Positions 13,202 to 26,220 of a DNA stretch of 64,000 bases are shown in pieces. This DNA comes from Gnetum montanum (taxonomy: Eukaryota > Plantae > Gnetophyta), in contig MNCI01003070.1 of NCBI GenBank assembly GCA_015680685.1, positions 737,754-801,753 of the forward strand. Direction: 5' to 3'. The notes below the pieces were generated by a model that made no database searches, had not been told where the DNA came from, and saw only the letters and a list, made by a program, of their open reading frames with translations. Made by a program: the position numbers and the translations under genes. The stretch's first letter is position 1. Every line of letters starts with the position of its first letter.

Positions 13202-13489
13202 ACTTTTTCTCTCTCGTTTTTCCTAATTTCTTGTAGTTTCTCCTCTTTTGAGGTGAGCGTGTGTTAATTTCTTGTACTATTTTCTTTTTTCTCTATTAAT
13301 TAAATTTTTTTTTTGGGGTTCGACACTCGATAAAAATCCGATTCTTACAAATCAACGTAGCATGGAGGGTGTTGGTAGTCAAAGGAATGATTGTGATTAT
13401 AAATAAATATCAAAGCTTCCAAGTATGATTCCGATTAGCAATCTATTTTTATTAAAGCATTGTTTTAAAAATGTTTGAAGGCTAGGCAT

Positions 13490-13575
13490 GGGTCATTAGA
13501 TAATTGGTTAGCTCACATTGCCTTGCCCCTCAAGGTAGAACCTCAAGGTACTAGGTTCAAAGCCTAGTACTAGCA
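13490..13575 (+). mobile_element. Degenerate tRNA-derived (SINE-head-like) sequence
   Basis: A-box-like TAGATAATTGGTTAG, then a T-arm-like hairpin GTACTAGG-TTCAAAG-CCTAGTAC (13548-13570). Confidence 0.4.
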
Positions 13576-13744
13576 TCATATGCATGTCATTTGAAAGCAT
13601 TATTTTAGACATATTACCTTAACCTTAAAAAATGCATTAAACCTACGTCATAAAAATAATCCATAGTATTTATTATGTAATCAAATAAACATAAAGTGTA
13701 CTTATTTTCAAAATAAAAATGAAGGACAACTAGAAGAGCAACTC

Positions 13745-14700
13745 TAATAAGCAGCAAGGTACCCCTACACCCAACCATATGAATCACAAAGCGTTCACAC
13801 GCAATCCAGTCGAATTCTGTAGACTTTATCATTTCTGGTGCACTTTGATAAGCGACAAGGTACACCTACGCCCAACCATATGAATCACAAAGCATTCATG
13901 TGCAATCCAGTCAAATTCCGTAGACTTTATCATTTTTGGTGCACCAGTCTTTTAGGAAGTGAATCTAACCTTAAGGTCAATCATCATCTTCCCAATTACA
14001 CTTGTGATGTTTATTGGTATGGTTAAGTGTAACTGCGACATCTAATTTTTATCACTTTGTGTTTTATAGTTTGGTGCTCAAAATGTAGATAATAGTAATT
14101 GGGTTGACTAATTTAGATTAACTAATTAACTAGCATTTAACTAATCCTAACATAAGCATCCGATCCCACTTTCTGTACACGTCCTGAATCCACGTATCCA
14201 CTGCTAGGTGACCAAGCGCTACGTTACTAGGCGTACCAAGCAATAACGCTGCTAGAATTACTAAGCGAATACATGTTACGCTCAAAGCGATCATACTTAT
14301 GTATGTAAGCTATTTGACATAATTGCTTCATTAATGTAATAACTAGAAATCATTAATAACTAATGGAAAATATTTAATAAATGATTAAAAACATTGGATG
14401 CTTAATTGAAATAGCTAATCTATCTAAAGTGTTGCAAAGCTTATTAGAAAGCTCATCTTTATTGCTGCCCAATCAACGAGGCCGCGTTGACAAGGCCTCA
14501 TTGATGCAACCAACTAAATGTAACTCATCATATCCCCATGACTAAATGAAAACTCATCCTCCAGTTCTTTTACAAAATTAGGAAGGTATAGAATTATTAA
14601 TGAACTTTTCTTCAAATAAAACAAATTAATTGACTTGACAAAAAATCGAGTGCCCAGGTGTACGGATCCACACATTACAAAAAATGATGGTGTTCAAGAC
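13745..14700 (-). mobile_element. Athila-like 3' LTR (13846-14530, shortened) with a duplicated 101-bp terminus (13745-13845), PPT and short 3' UTR
   Basis: TGATAAGCGACAAGGTAC.. at 13846 and TCATCA at 14530, followed by TATCCCCA (PPT on the minus strand). Flank is homologous to the reverse complement of 25200-25380. Confidence 0.75.
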
Positions 14701-14989
14701 AAAAAATTAAATACCATAACTTAAGTCTTCAAAATTAAATTAAAATTAGCAATAAAGGTAAGCAACTGATGGAGGAGCCATCACTTTTGGGAAGTACATG
14801 AGCTTCTACAATTTTGTGTCCTATAATGTTGTGTCCAAATTTTTGTAAAACACCACTGTGGCATGTAAGAGTTAGTTTGTTTATTTGTTTGAGTCAGTCA
14901 ATAATTCCACACCTTCCTAATATTTTGTAAAGAACTTGTTCCTCATTTTGTTTAACTTGAGGATGAGTATTCATTCAATTGTGGGGGCA

Positions 14990-15844
14990 TGATAAGTCAT
15001 GATTTTGTCAGCTCTGATATCAAATACTCAATATCGAGTCCCAAGAAATGATGTCGAATATCTAATATCATCTCTTTTGTGCTAGCCTGTAAATACAGCA
15101 CTTGGATGCATGGTTGGGACATAGTTGTTTAATAGATTTTAGATTGCTTTTTCATAGATTTTTGATTTCCAGTTCTGCTATTTCCCAGTGCATGCCCGTA
15201 GTGTGATTTTAAGTGATTATACGACATCTTTGAGTGTGATGTACTTGGACACATTACATGACTAGAAATAAAGATTGGGATTACTTTTATCATTGCAACA
15301 CCCACTTAGATTTATTATTGCTTTTAATTACTTAAATGTTTATTGTTTTCCTTAGCTAATGTTTCCATTTATTACTCTTTACGATTCCTATCATTAGGCA
15401 GAATGAGTATGACTAATCGCAAGCACTTAAGTGCAATTGCTTGGTAACCCATCAGTGTGTCATTTGGTAAGCTAAGTGACATACGTTTGGTAATCCCAAT
15501 AGTAGTTACACAAAGTCGAAGGCATGGGTGGAGGATTAAGAATGAATACTCATCACACACAAGCTAGTTTAGATTTTACTTTTCACTATGAATTAGCTTA
15601 ATTAATTTATCTCTTTATTGTCATTAGGAGTAGCATAGGGCTAAACAACATCAATCATATGCCTCACTTTGAACTAAACCATACATGATAAAGCTACCAC
15701 TAGTCTAATTGGGAGGATAGCAAACTATGATCAAAGCCTAACGATTTAGATGCACAACTAGTCCCATCCACGGAATTTGACCAAATTGTGCATGAATGCT
15801 TGTGATTTGCATGGTTGGGCATAGGGGTATCTCATCACTCATCA
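14990..15844 (+). mobile_element. Athila-like 3' LTR (subtype B) preceded by PPT
   Basis: TTGTGGGGGCA|TGATAAG...GGGGTATCTCATCACTCATCA. Contains GATATC-type repeats and a TGTAAATA box. Confidence 0.85.
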
Positions 15845-16925
15845 ATCCCTAACTTTGAAGAAGGCTACAATGCTAATCCTCAACATCACTTATAAGCCTT
15901 ATATGATGTCTATGTCTTGAAAAATATCTAAAATAATTGAAAAAACCTAAAGCTCTTCTCCATGACACTCATCAAAGAAGCTAAAAATTGATACCAGTCC
16001 TTGAAACCGAAATCCATTAGGATATGGAGTACGATGCTTAATTTGTTCAATGACAAGTACTAAACATATTTCTTAGTATCCAATTTGAGGAAGAAGATTC
16101 AAGGACAAAGACAAGAAAATCATAAATTCCTTAATGTAGCCTAGATAGGTACAATTCTTTACTTTACAGATGCTTAGGCCATGACTTCTCTCAAAGGAAG
16201 TAGCTGCATCAGGTTATAAACGGATTTCGAAATAAACTAGGGAAACTTGTAGGGTCTATGCCTAAGGAAGGTTATCAAAGATAAAAGCTCATTAGATCCA
16301 AACGCTTATTAATCAAGTAGAAAAGGATGAAGGGGAGATGAAGAAGGAAGAGAGTGTAGAGAAGTACAATAGAGAAGGAGGACCATCTCTGTGAACCAAA
16401 TGAAGGAGCATCACTAGCAAAGGTAGCTTAGAGAAAGACCTTGCTGATCCAAAAATATATTATTGAAATATTAGCTAAGGTTGAAAAGATGTGGAACTCC
16501 ATTGATGAGAAGTTCCAAATTACATTGAAGATCATAGAGGAAAAGCTAGAATTGGGAAGAGTCAAAGACAAAGATATGAGGAAAAAGAAAGACACATGAA
16601 CAAGCTACTATCATCACAAGGGAAAAGCTACTATAGTTGAGGAGGTTGTAGACTCATAATTGAATGATGATTGACGTAATATTTGTTAGTACAAACATCC
16701 ATAGTGTTGTTGCCTAATAATTTCACACTTATAAGAGTTTGGGGTTTATGCTTTGAACTTGAGGTTTGTCAAAAGGTAAGCACCCAGAAGGTTGCCTTGT
16801 CCTCGAGCAAACGACAAAGAGTCATTGCATCAATAGCACTACTATCCAAGTGGGACATTACCTCCACCTCAAGAATACTACTAGCAATGGCATAATCCAC
16901 AACCATGGGGGATGCTACCACTAAG
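15845..16925 (+). pseudogene. Decayed Athila-like gag fragment
   Basis: Colinear with 18330-19400 (KLF..L.KEA.NW..SL.P..IR.WSTML.LFNDKY). Many stops. Confidence 0.8.
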
Positions 16926-17404
16926 CAGAAAGACACCTAGTAGTTGATATCGAACTATGATTCTAATTCAACAATTGTACATGGAATCCACAAAAATTCT
17001 ACAAGTACCTACATTGATAATATGGATGAAAAAGTATATTAAATACCATCTCTAAGGCACAAAATTCATATATGAAGCAGAAGAAGATTGGGAAGAGTTG
17101 GTAATTCTAGAAATCTCTAAACTAGAACCCTTAGAATTGAAAGCATTATTGGAATTCCAAAACTAGTTTGATAAACTTAATGAAGATAAATAAAAATATT
17201 CAGTGCTAAGAACGGTAACATTTACATCTTATGTTGGTTTATAAATCGTACATTTTACATTTTTCAATTTTGCCTAATCGGGTTAGCCGAATCTCTGACC
17301 TGTCGCCATCGCGTTACTAGGTCTTTGGTGTCTCTTAAAGGGCTACCTGCATGATGCCTCTGGACAGTATATAGAGTCTATAATTTTTTTAAAATGGTAA
17401 GAAA

Positions 17405-18040
17405 ATGGTGTGCGCATGGTTTTGCATTGTATCGTTAGCAAAGGTGACGGTGCAGGCCTACGACGTCGGAGCCTCGCTGCTGACCTGCAACGAAGAAGAA
17501 GAAGAAGAAGATGATGAAGAGGGAAAATGCCAAATATACAACAGTTATGGCATCTGGGACGACGCCTCCACCACCTACACCGCCTCCGCCGTGGCCTATC
17601 CCAAGAACGACGCCGAGCTGCTCGCGGCCGTGGCGGACGCCGTCTGGAGAAAGCAAAAGATTAAGGTCACAGGTCCGCTGTCCCACAGCATCCCGCCGCT
17701 CGTGTCCAGGCGCCACGGGCTTGCTCATATCCATGTGGGATCTGGTGCGGACGCGGACGGTGAGCATCTGCACTGGGGCAAGTCCGCGGGCTATTACGTG
17801 GACAGTCTGGTGAAGTTCCTGGACGTGTGTTGCCGGTTCGATCCCGACGGGGTGTTCCTGAACGAGTGGAGCGAGAAGGTCCTCGGCCTCGGCGGCAAAC
17901 GCCTGCAGGAAATCCGCGACGGATGTGCTCTGGAGAAGCTGTGTAAGTGCTCGCAGGATTCCCACTGCGCTCCTTCTGAGGGATACTTTTGCCGCCCCGG
18001 CCGCGTCTACACCGACGCTCGTGTCTGCCGTGAGGACTAA
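17405..18040 (+). pseudogene. Internally deleted GulLO paralog; open 211-aa frame joining the N- and C-termini
   Basis: N-terminal part (CQIYNSYGIWDD, YPKNDAELL, KIKV...SHSIPPL) matches exon 1. HLHWGK...GCALEKLCKCSQDSHCAPSEGYFCRPGRVY matches the end of exon 2. About 370 central codons are missing. Confidence 0.85.
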
Positions 18041-21000
18041 CTTCGACGCTGGGCCGCTGAGTCCCACCGGTGGCCGTGGATGTTAGTCTTGTTACATGAT
18101 AGAAGCGCATCCGGATAAATTTTGACTGACTGTTGTCGGATTCGGAATTCGGGAGCGCGGGAGCCAAGCGCATTAAATTCGAAATGGGAGTGCATTAAAT
18201 TCACAATTGGTACGTATTTCATAATTTTCAATGAAATTTTGGGGGTGTCGGACCCCGAAAAGAAGTTTTATTGAAATTAAAGAAGCATCAATTACAACAA
18301 CTTGAATATACTTGAATAAGTCATAAGGAGCATCAATTATAGAATATTGACAGGCCTTCCAAGATGCATGTGCCTTATAGAATATTGACAATGACTAGTA
18401 GAAGTTGAAATTATTTCCAAGAATATTCATAAAGGAAGCAGAAAATTGGTACCGATCCTTAGAGCCAGAATTAATCAGACAATGGAGTACAATGTTGGAA
18501 CTGTTCAATGACAAATATCAAATGTACCTCCAAGTGTCCAATTTGAGGAAGCAAATCCAAGGGTGGAAACAAGGAAACCATGAGTCCTTGGATGCTGCTA
18601 TTGGTCGATACTATTCTCTATTGCATAGGTGTCCCAGCCATGGATACTCTTAGCTTGATCAACTTTGCCATATCATAGACGGGTTGCAGTCTAAAACAAG
18701 GAAGACCCTTGGCATCTATGCCCAAGGGATATTGACAGAGTTAAGCATCTATTAGATCCAAAAGTTAATTGAGTAAGTAGCCAAGGAGGAGGGAGAATTG
18801 AAAAAGCAAGAAAGTGCAGAGGAATACAACAGGGACCTTTCTATTCGCAAAAGGGAGGTTCGATTTTGTGACAGTGAGGATGAATTAACCAAAGATGAGG
18901 TGGCTAATCAGAATACCTTGCCACTCCAGAAATTGCAATTTGAAATTATGGCTAAGGCTGACCAATTATGGGACTCCAAGGACAATAGGTTTTAGGCTAT
19001 CTTAAAAATTGCTAAAGAGTCCAAGGAGCAAAGTGGTAAGCGTGAGTACCAGAGACGTAAGGAAGCTAAATGTGCCATATCCAAGGGTAAGGATAAGATG
19101 GCTATGATAGAGATAGTTGCGAATAGTGACTCAGATTATGATGGTGGGTGTGACATATGCTAGTATGAACATCTTAAGGGATGTTGCCCAGTTGTGTCAC
19201 ACTTGCAGGAATCTAGGATGTATGCCTTACATCCACAACTTGCACAAAGGCAAACACCCAAAAGATTGCCTTATCCACAAGGCAACTCTTGACAGTTCCA
19301 CCAACCATAGCAATACTATTCAAGTGGAACTCCACCGCAACCCTGCAAATTGTATTAGTAATGGTAGTAACCACAATCATGGGTGCTAACATCTCCAAGA
19401 CAATAGCACCCTTACCAGTAGCCAGATCCCTATGGTTACTATGTTTAGCAACCTACATCTCCACAGGGACTCTTCTGGTCATGTTGCCACTTACCAACCT
19501 CACCACTACCCTCCTAAAGTATACCAAAAACCCTATCCAATAAGGGATGTCACCTACTATCCTCATGCTCCTCTTATCCCTACACCCACTCCTCCATCTC
19601 TTGCATAGCTATCACCTACTCCATCCATGCAAGGTGAGTTACCTACCCAACCACAGCAAAGAAATACTACGAGGATGGCTAATTTGCAACCGGTTAACCC
19701 ACCAAGTGGGTTAGAATCATGAACAAAGAAAAGACCCTTCTTCTAACCTCAGAGTCCACCAAAGCCCTTAGACACATCAATGGTTGGTAACCCTACTCCT
19801 TGACCTTCCTCTATCTCACCTTTATCCAAGTCCCCTTCAAACCAAAATCCCTCTCAAATCCATACTGTAATGTTGACCCATGTTATATCTAATTGGATTT
19901 GAGCTAGTAACCTCCCCAAGAAGTTAGCCGATCCTTGGCGTTCCCTAGTATATTTGCAAATTGCTAGGAATGAGCCTTGTAAAGCTCTTTTTGAATCTAG
20001 TTCCAATGTTAATCTAATCTTGCATGAGATGTACACGATGTGGAACCTTCCTCCCTTGAAGAAGAGCAACATCTGGTTGGAACTAGTAGACCAGTCCATC
20101 ACTGTTCCATTGGGACTGGTAGAGGACATCGTAACCACTGTTTGTGGGTGGTCATATCCCATCGACTTCCTAGTAATCAAGGTGGAGAACTGCAAGGGGG
20201 ACTTCCCAATTATTATGGGAAAGATGTGGTTAAGTATCGTTGATGTCAAAATGGACATTAGAGATATTTCCTTGGAGATATCTAAAGTAAATGAATTTGG
20301 AAAGATCAAGAAGAAGAGCATTCCATGTATCGCATATAGTGATTCAGGGTGCCATTGTGTGTAGAAGTTATGGTTAGTGAAGTGAACATCTATCTCTGCA
20401 TGCAAGCAGTGTGCACCAGAAGCTAAAATCCAAAGATGTTTGTACACAACAGCCACAAAACAAGAAGGCACCCAGTGGCTGACAACTAATTCTAGCAGTA
20501 GAACATTGTGCATGGAACCTATTGAGGGCCTAATATATGAACATGTTGCAAGTATGGATGAGCTCGAGCAAGTTCATTACTAGCTCTTTGAAGGAGTAAA
20601 TGATGAGTTCAATTGAGGAGAGTTGGAGATTCTTGACAATTTTAAAAAGAACCCCTTGAATTAAAGATATTGTCGACTAGAATGAAATATGTGTTTTTGA
20701 AAATGGAAGGTTAATCATTATTAATGTCAAGCTTGCTACATAACAAAAGAAAATGTTGATGAAGGTTTTGGAAAAATGGTCAACAACATTTGCCTAGTCA
20801 TATTTTAAGCTCATTGGTATAGATTTAAGAATATGCCAACACCGGATATACATTGGCCCTACTATTAAGCTAAAATGACAGCCACAACGATGTTTGAATT
20901 CCAAATTAAAGTAGATTTTCAAAGAGGAGATTGAACAACTCTTCAAGGTAAGATTCAACTACCTTATTGCAGATAGTGAATGGGCTAGTCCACTTGTGAT

Positions 21001-23977
21001 CATGCCTAAGAAAGGAGGCAAATGGTGGGTGTGCATCGACTTTTGGCTACTCAATATGGCAACTTTCAAAGATTATTTTTCATTGCCTTTTGTTAACCAA
21101 ATGCTAGAAACTATTTTTAGACACAACTATTATAGCTTTTTGGATGGTTATAGTGGCTATAACCAAATCTAGATTGCACCAGAGGACTAGGCAAAGATGA
21201 CTTTCACAAGTCCTTGGGGGACTTCTTCTTATCGTTAGATGTCATTCGGTCTATGTAATGTCCTAGCCACATTTTAATGATTAGTCCTTAGCATTTTCCA
21301 ACAATAAATTAGTAGTAAGGAAGAAGTCTTCATGGATGACTTTTCTACCTATGGAGCTATGTTCAAGTAAGCCCTAGACCACCTTGAGCATGTGTTGAGG
21401 AGATGTGTCGAAAAAAACCTTCAGCTCAATTGGCAAAAGAGCCATCTTATGGTCTAGGAAGGCATAGTCTTAGGGCAATGTATCTCAAAAGTAGGAATCA
21501 AGGTAGACCCTAAAAAAATAAGGGTCATCCAGGGAATAACCCATTAACCAAAAATAATTAAAGAAGTGTAATTATTCCTTGGTCATATTGGCTACTACCA
21601 ACGTTTTATCAAGAATTTCTCCAAAATCGTCAAGCTGTTGGTGGAATTAACAAAGAAGGATGCATCGTTCATCTGGACCCCTACATGTGAAACAACATTT
21701 CAGCAACTGAAGCAGAAGCTTGTTGAAACCCCAATTCTACAAGCGCCTGATTGGTCTAGGTCATTTCATGTGATGACTAATGCATCAAATTATGCTTTGG
21801 GGGTAGTGCTTACATAGTTGTATGATCAAAAACATCCATATTACATTCATTGTGCAAGTCGAAGTATTGTAGGTGCACAGCTAAACTACACCACCACAAA
21901 AAAGGAATTGATGGTAGTGGTGTTCACATTAGAAAAGTTCAGGCACTATGTGCTTGACTATAAAGTGTTCATGCACACAGATCATAATACCATCTAATTT
22001 CTAAGCCCTCATGTCATACGATGGCTCATGATTTTGCAAGAGTTTGATCTCACAATGGTAGATTGAAAAGGTATGGAAAATGTGCTCACTAACCACTTAT
22101 CATAGCTGAGATGGGATGACAAGGAGAAAGAGAGCCCCTTATCTGATTAATTCCCTGATGAATCTCTCCTTGTAGGGGCTATTAATGCATAAATTCTTGA
22201 TGAACCAAAATGGTACAACATCATCATCACTTATCTACTTAAGCAAGAACTATCACAAGGGTTGGACACTAGCAAGAAATAACAATTTCTTCACTAGGTC
22301 AAGCATTTCATGGAAATTAATGGGAACCTTTACAAAGTCTATTCCAATGGCCTGATACACTGGTGTGCCCTTGACATAAATCAACTATGCATTCTCTAAG
22401 GTTCTCACAAAGGCCCTTGTGGGGGCCATTATGCTAGGAGATGCACAACTATAAAAATTCTCATGGCAAGATATTACTGGCCAACAATTTTCAGGGATAC
22501 ACACCAATTCGTCAACGCTTGTGATCATTGTCAGAGGGATGGTGGAATGACAACTCGAATGGAGGGGCCATAGTAATGGATTTAGCCTCTTGATCCATTA
22601 GGGCATTGACTTTATTGATCCCATCACACCTTATCAAATGGGAAGGCATATATAATAGTCATAGTTGACTATTACACTAAGTGGGAAAAAATAGTAACTG
22701 TCATTGATTGTACATCCACTACTGCTGCTCAGTTTGTATAAAAAAATATCATAAATAGGTTTGGTATGCCTCATGCATTAATTTCTAATAATGGAACTCA
22801 TTTTATAGGTGCCACTTTCCAAAAACTTATGTCGCGCTTGGGGGTTAAGCACAAACTCACAACACCTTATCACCCTCAAGCCAATGGCCAAGCTGAGGTC
22901 ACTAATTGGGAGATAACAAAAATTCTAATGTGCACCATTAGCAAATACTGAAGGGACTGGAGCACCAAATTAAACAATGCCCTTTAGGCCTGTCACTCCA
23001 TATGGAAGCTTCCCATAGGTTATTCTTCCTATGAGCTCATGTATGGAAAACTATCAATACTGCCCATCCAATTTGAGCTCTGTACACTCTCTATAACATG
23101 TGACTTTGACCTAAATCTAAATATAGCACAGAAAGAACGATTAATGAATCCCAACTTACTAGAAAAAAATCGGTTAATGGCTCTATCATCCAAAAAAATG
23201 TGTAAGGCATTCAACAAGAAATGCTAAGACCTCAAAATAAGAAAAGTCAAGTTTCAACCAGGAGATAAGGTCCTCTATTGGAATCCTACACATGTACCTC
23301 AACAAACCAAACTTCAAATGTTGTGGGAAGAACCTTACATTATTGATGAGACTTTTCCATCTAGGGTCATGATTATCTATAAACCTAATATCTCAAATAA
23401 GAAACCATTAGTCAACACCCAACAATTGAAGCCTTTCCATGAGCCCAAGCTAACCAACTCAATAGACACCTCACCAGATGGACAACCACATTCAATCTTT
23501 CATATCTTCCCCTTCCAACTTAGTCATGGGGGAGATGGCCACCCATACTAATACTTTTCATAGCTCCTCAATCTTTTGAATTTTTTTGTTTTACACATTC
23601 TTAGTTTTACAACTTTTTATTTTTCAGGTTATTGATCTTTTCTAAATTTTTGTTTTACACCATCGTTAGTATATTTGATATTTATTGCATACTCATTTAC
23701 CTTCTTTTATATTTTCTTGTGTTTGGTGTGTGTCTCTACTCTTTCTACTAATAAGATGTCAGGTAAAATGGTAATGTGCTACTCGATGGTGTCTTGTGTA
23801 GTTTTCAAAATTGGGAAGGAATCAAAGGTTTGGATAGGGTGTGACTTTAAAGGGATGTGGTATTCTTTGTAATTTTTTGTTTTCCTGTGTGTGGAAGTGT
23901 TCTTGTGAGGTTCTCATTGTTGTGTATCATCCCAAAATAGGAAGTCAAACAAGTCCTTGCATGGTGTGGTCCTCATT

Positions 23978-24030
23978 GAGAGAGAGAGAGAGAGAGAGAA
24001 GAAGAAGAAGAAGAAGAAGAAGAAGATGAT
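23978..24030. repeat. (GA)n-(GAA)n microsatellite in the retroelement 3' UTR
   Basis: Directly visible. Confidence 0.9.
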
Positions 24031-25380
24031 GATATGGGTGATGATGAAGAAGATTTAAAGCACACCCCTTGGACAAAATAAATGTGAAAATGCATGGGTC
24101 TTTGCATGGTGTGGTTCCTACTCAATTAAAAAAAGAATAAGGGAATTCAAAGCCTACCCCATAGACCAAATAAAAGGCCTACAAGCATTGGTTATGGGAC
24201 TTATCTTATCTCCTCTAACTAAGGTCCTTTCTTATTTCCTACTTTCTCTCCAATTTGGAATGGTGGTTGATTCATGGAAGCATTCTTGTGTCTCAAGGGA
24301 TGGACTAGTCTTAGAATGTTAATGCAAAGTCACTGAAAGTGGTTGGTTTTGGTCTGGATTGAGGATGGATCCTACCAAGTTATTTGATCACAAACTCCAC
24401 AAGGGACTTCATGTGACCATAATTAGAAACTCCATTCCATTCTCTCTTCCATCCATTTGTGCTTTTCATGCCTCTCCTCATTGCTGGTTTCATGTTTTGA
24501 TTCAATGTTATGGTTTGATGTGTTAGGTTTCTTAGTCAGTTACTTCTGGGTTTTTGTACTTAACTTTTCGTAACTATTAATCATCCATGGTGTCCACAAA
24601 CTCCTTGGTTTGAAGTTATGCAAGGGCATAAAAGGCCTATGCCTACTTTGGGGAGGATCCACTTGTATATCCTTTGGTTTTGTTAAGTTAAGTTAATTAA
24701 CTTAGACATTGTTACAATTGAATTCTTTTTATTTAACCCATCCATGTCATCCAATTGTACACATCTTCACAACTATTTTTAGTGAATTCCTTCTTTTTAT
24801 TATTCTGAATTTCTATACCCTCTTTCCAGTATTCCTTGTGTTAAGCTTTTTCTGAATTTTATGGACCACTTCTCTTACTTAATCCATTTGTTAGCATTTC
24901 CACTAACATTATCAAGCAACCAATCTACCACAATCACAACTTAGCTAGATAAAATCACTAACGAGGAAAGGTATTCAACCGCAATGTGTTACACTCTATA
25001 TACTAATCCTTGATTTTGTTGTGATTGCAATGGGAAACATGAACTAGAAGTGGGACTATCTTCACCGAGTAGGATGCAACAATATCACTTATGGGAGATT
25101 TTCCATGACTATTGGATCTTTTTTGCCTCTCCCTCATTCTTCTATTTCCAAGAGGGGTTGGATGTCCATTCGATCCAAGGGTGTTCTTTCCTATTATCAT
25201 GAACACCCAATTTTGTACACAATTGTAATGTTGTATCCATGAGCACTTCTATATTTGTTTGTTTTCTTTATGTCACTTTGCATGTTAGTTGAATAGTCCA
25301 CACCTCCTAATATATTTTGTAAAGTACTTGTTCCTCTTCTTCTGTACTTAAGGACAAGTTTTCATTCAGTTGTGGGGGTA

Positions 25381-26220
25381 TGATGAATTGTGTTTTTCAT
25401 AAGCTCCGATATTGAAGTAGCTACGATATTAGGTACAGGATATCAAGTACACAATATCATGGCTCAAGATGCAATATCGTGCATTTGATATTGCAGGGTT
25501 ATTCCCAGGTCTATAAATACAACCCCCAGGCACATGATTGAGAGTAGTTTTTGTTCATTAGAGAATTAGAATATTTTTCAAGTGCCCACAGTAGGAGGTC
25601 TAAGTGTGATTGAATCTTTATTTAAGCATTGATGTACCTAAACACCCCATTATGTTGGCAATAAAGACGAGCTCTTTGATTCATCCTTGTAGCACTTGAG
25701 ACTTTCTTTCTTATGCATTTATATATATTGTGATTTCATGTAGTTTACATTAATGTTATTCATGCAGTAATTAATTTTGATTAATTAAGCAACCAATTAA
25801 AATACACAAGCAAAACCCCTTTGAGCATACATGTAACACTTGGTAGCTTAGAAACGGTTAGCGTTTGACAACCCAACAATCTTTATATGAAGTTTAAAAT
25901 GTGTTCGGGAAGTGGGGATGGTTACCTGTGTTAGGCTAGATTAGACAATAGTTTACTTAACACTTAGTTACTCTCACTTTTATTCCTATTTTAGGTGATT
26001 AATTGATAAAACACAAAATAATAAAAATCTTATGCCTTAGTTGCACTTAACCATACACTTGCATTTCACAAGTGAGACTAGGAAGACAACAAACAGACAA
26101 CACAAACTCACTATTTAGCTCTAGTGTACTTGGTAATTAAAGTCTACAGAATTCAACCAGATCATGTGTGAACACCTATGATTTGTATGGTTGGGCATAG
26201 GGGTACCTCACCACTCATCA
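25381..26220 (+). mobile_element. Athila-like 3' LTR (subtype A), 840 bp
   Basis: PPT TGTGGGGGTA|TGATGAA...GGGGTACCTCACCACTCATCA. TATAAATA near 25512. Confidence 0.9.

Larger units (their letters stand above)
8083..13328 (+). mobile_element. Near full-length L1-clade LINE with 16-bp TSD
   Basis: GATAAAAATCCGATTC at 8067-8082 and 13329-13344. ORF1 and ORF2 lie between them. Confidence 0.93.
18260..26220 (+). mobile_element. Decayed Athila-like Ty3/gypsy element lacking its 5' LTR: gag, protease, RT, RNase H, integrase, long 3' UTR, PPT, 3' LTR
   Basis: gag about 18330-19850. Protease region about 19900-20300 (PLGLVEDI, PIDFLVI, PIIMGK). RT about 20830-21500 (SEWASP, KKGGKW, FLDGYSGYNQI, FGLCN, FMDDF). 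RNase H about 21770-22100. Integrase about 22400-23450 (GGHY, TTPYHPQANGQAEVTN). Numerous stops. Confidence 0.92.

Noticed and set aside
13490-13575. Functional tRNA gene (also considered for 36066-36130)
   Set aside because: Only A/B-box or T-arm remnants are present, with no complete cloverleaf or acceptor stem.
17405-18040. Processed (intronless) retrocopy of GulLO
   Set aside because: The intron position lies within the deleted segment, so intron loss cannot be assessed. No poly(A) or TSD is seen.
15845-19400. GulLO paralog captured or transduced inside one retrotransposon
   Set aside because: The gag pieces on either side overlap in homology rather than continuing each other, and the LTR at 14990 is a PPT-preceded 3' LTR of a different subtype from the one at 25381. 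No single element encloses the gene.
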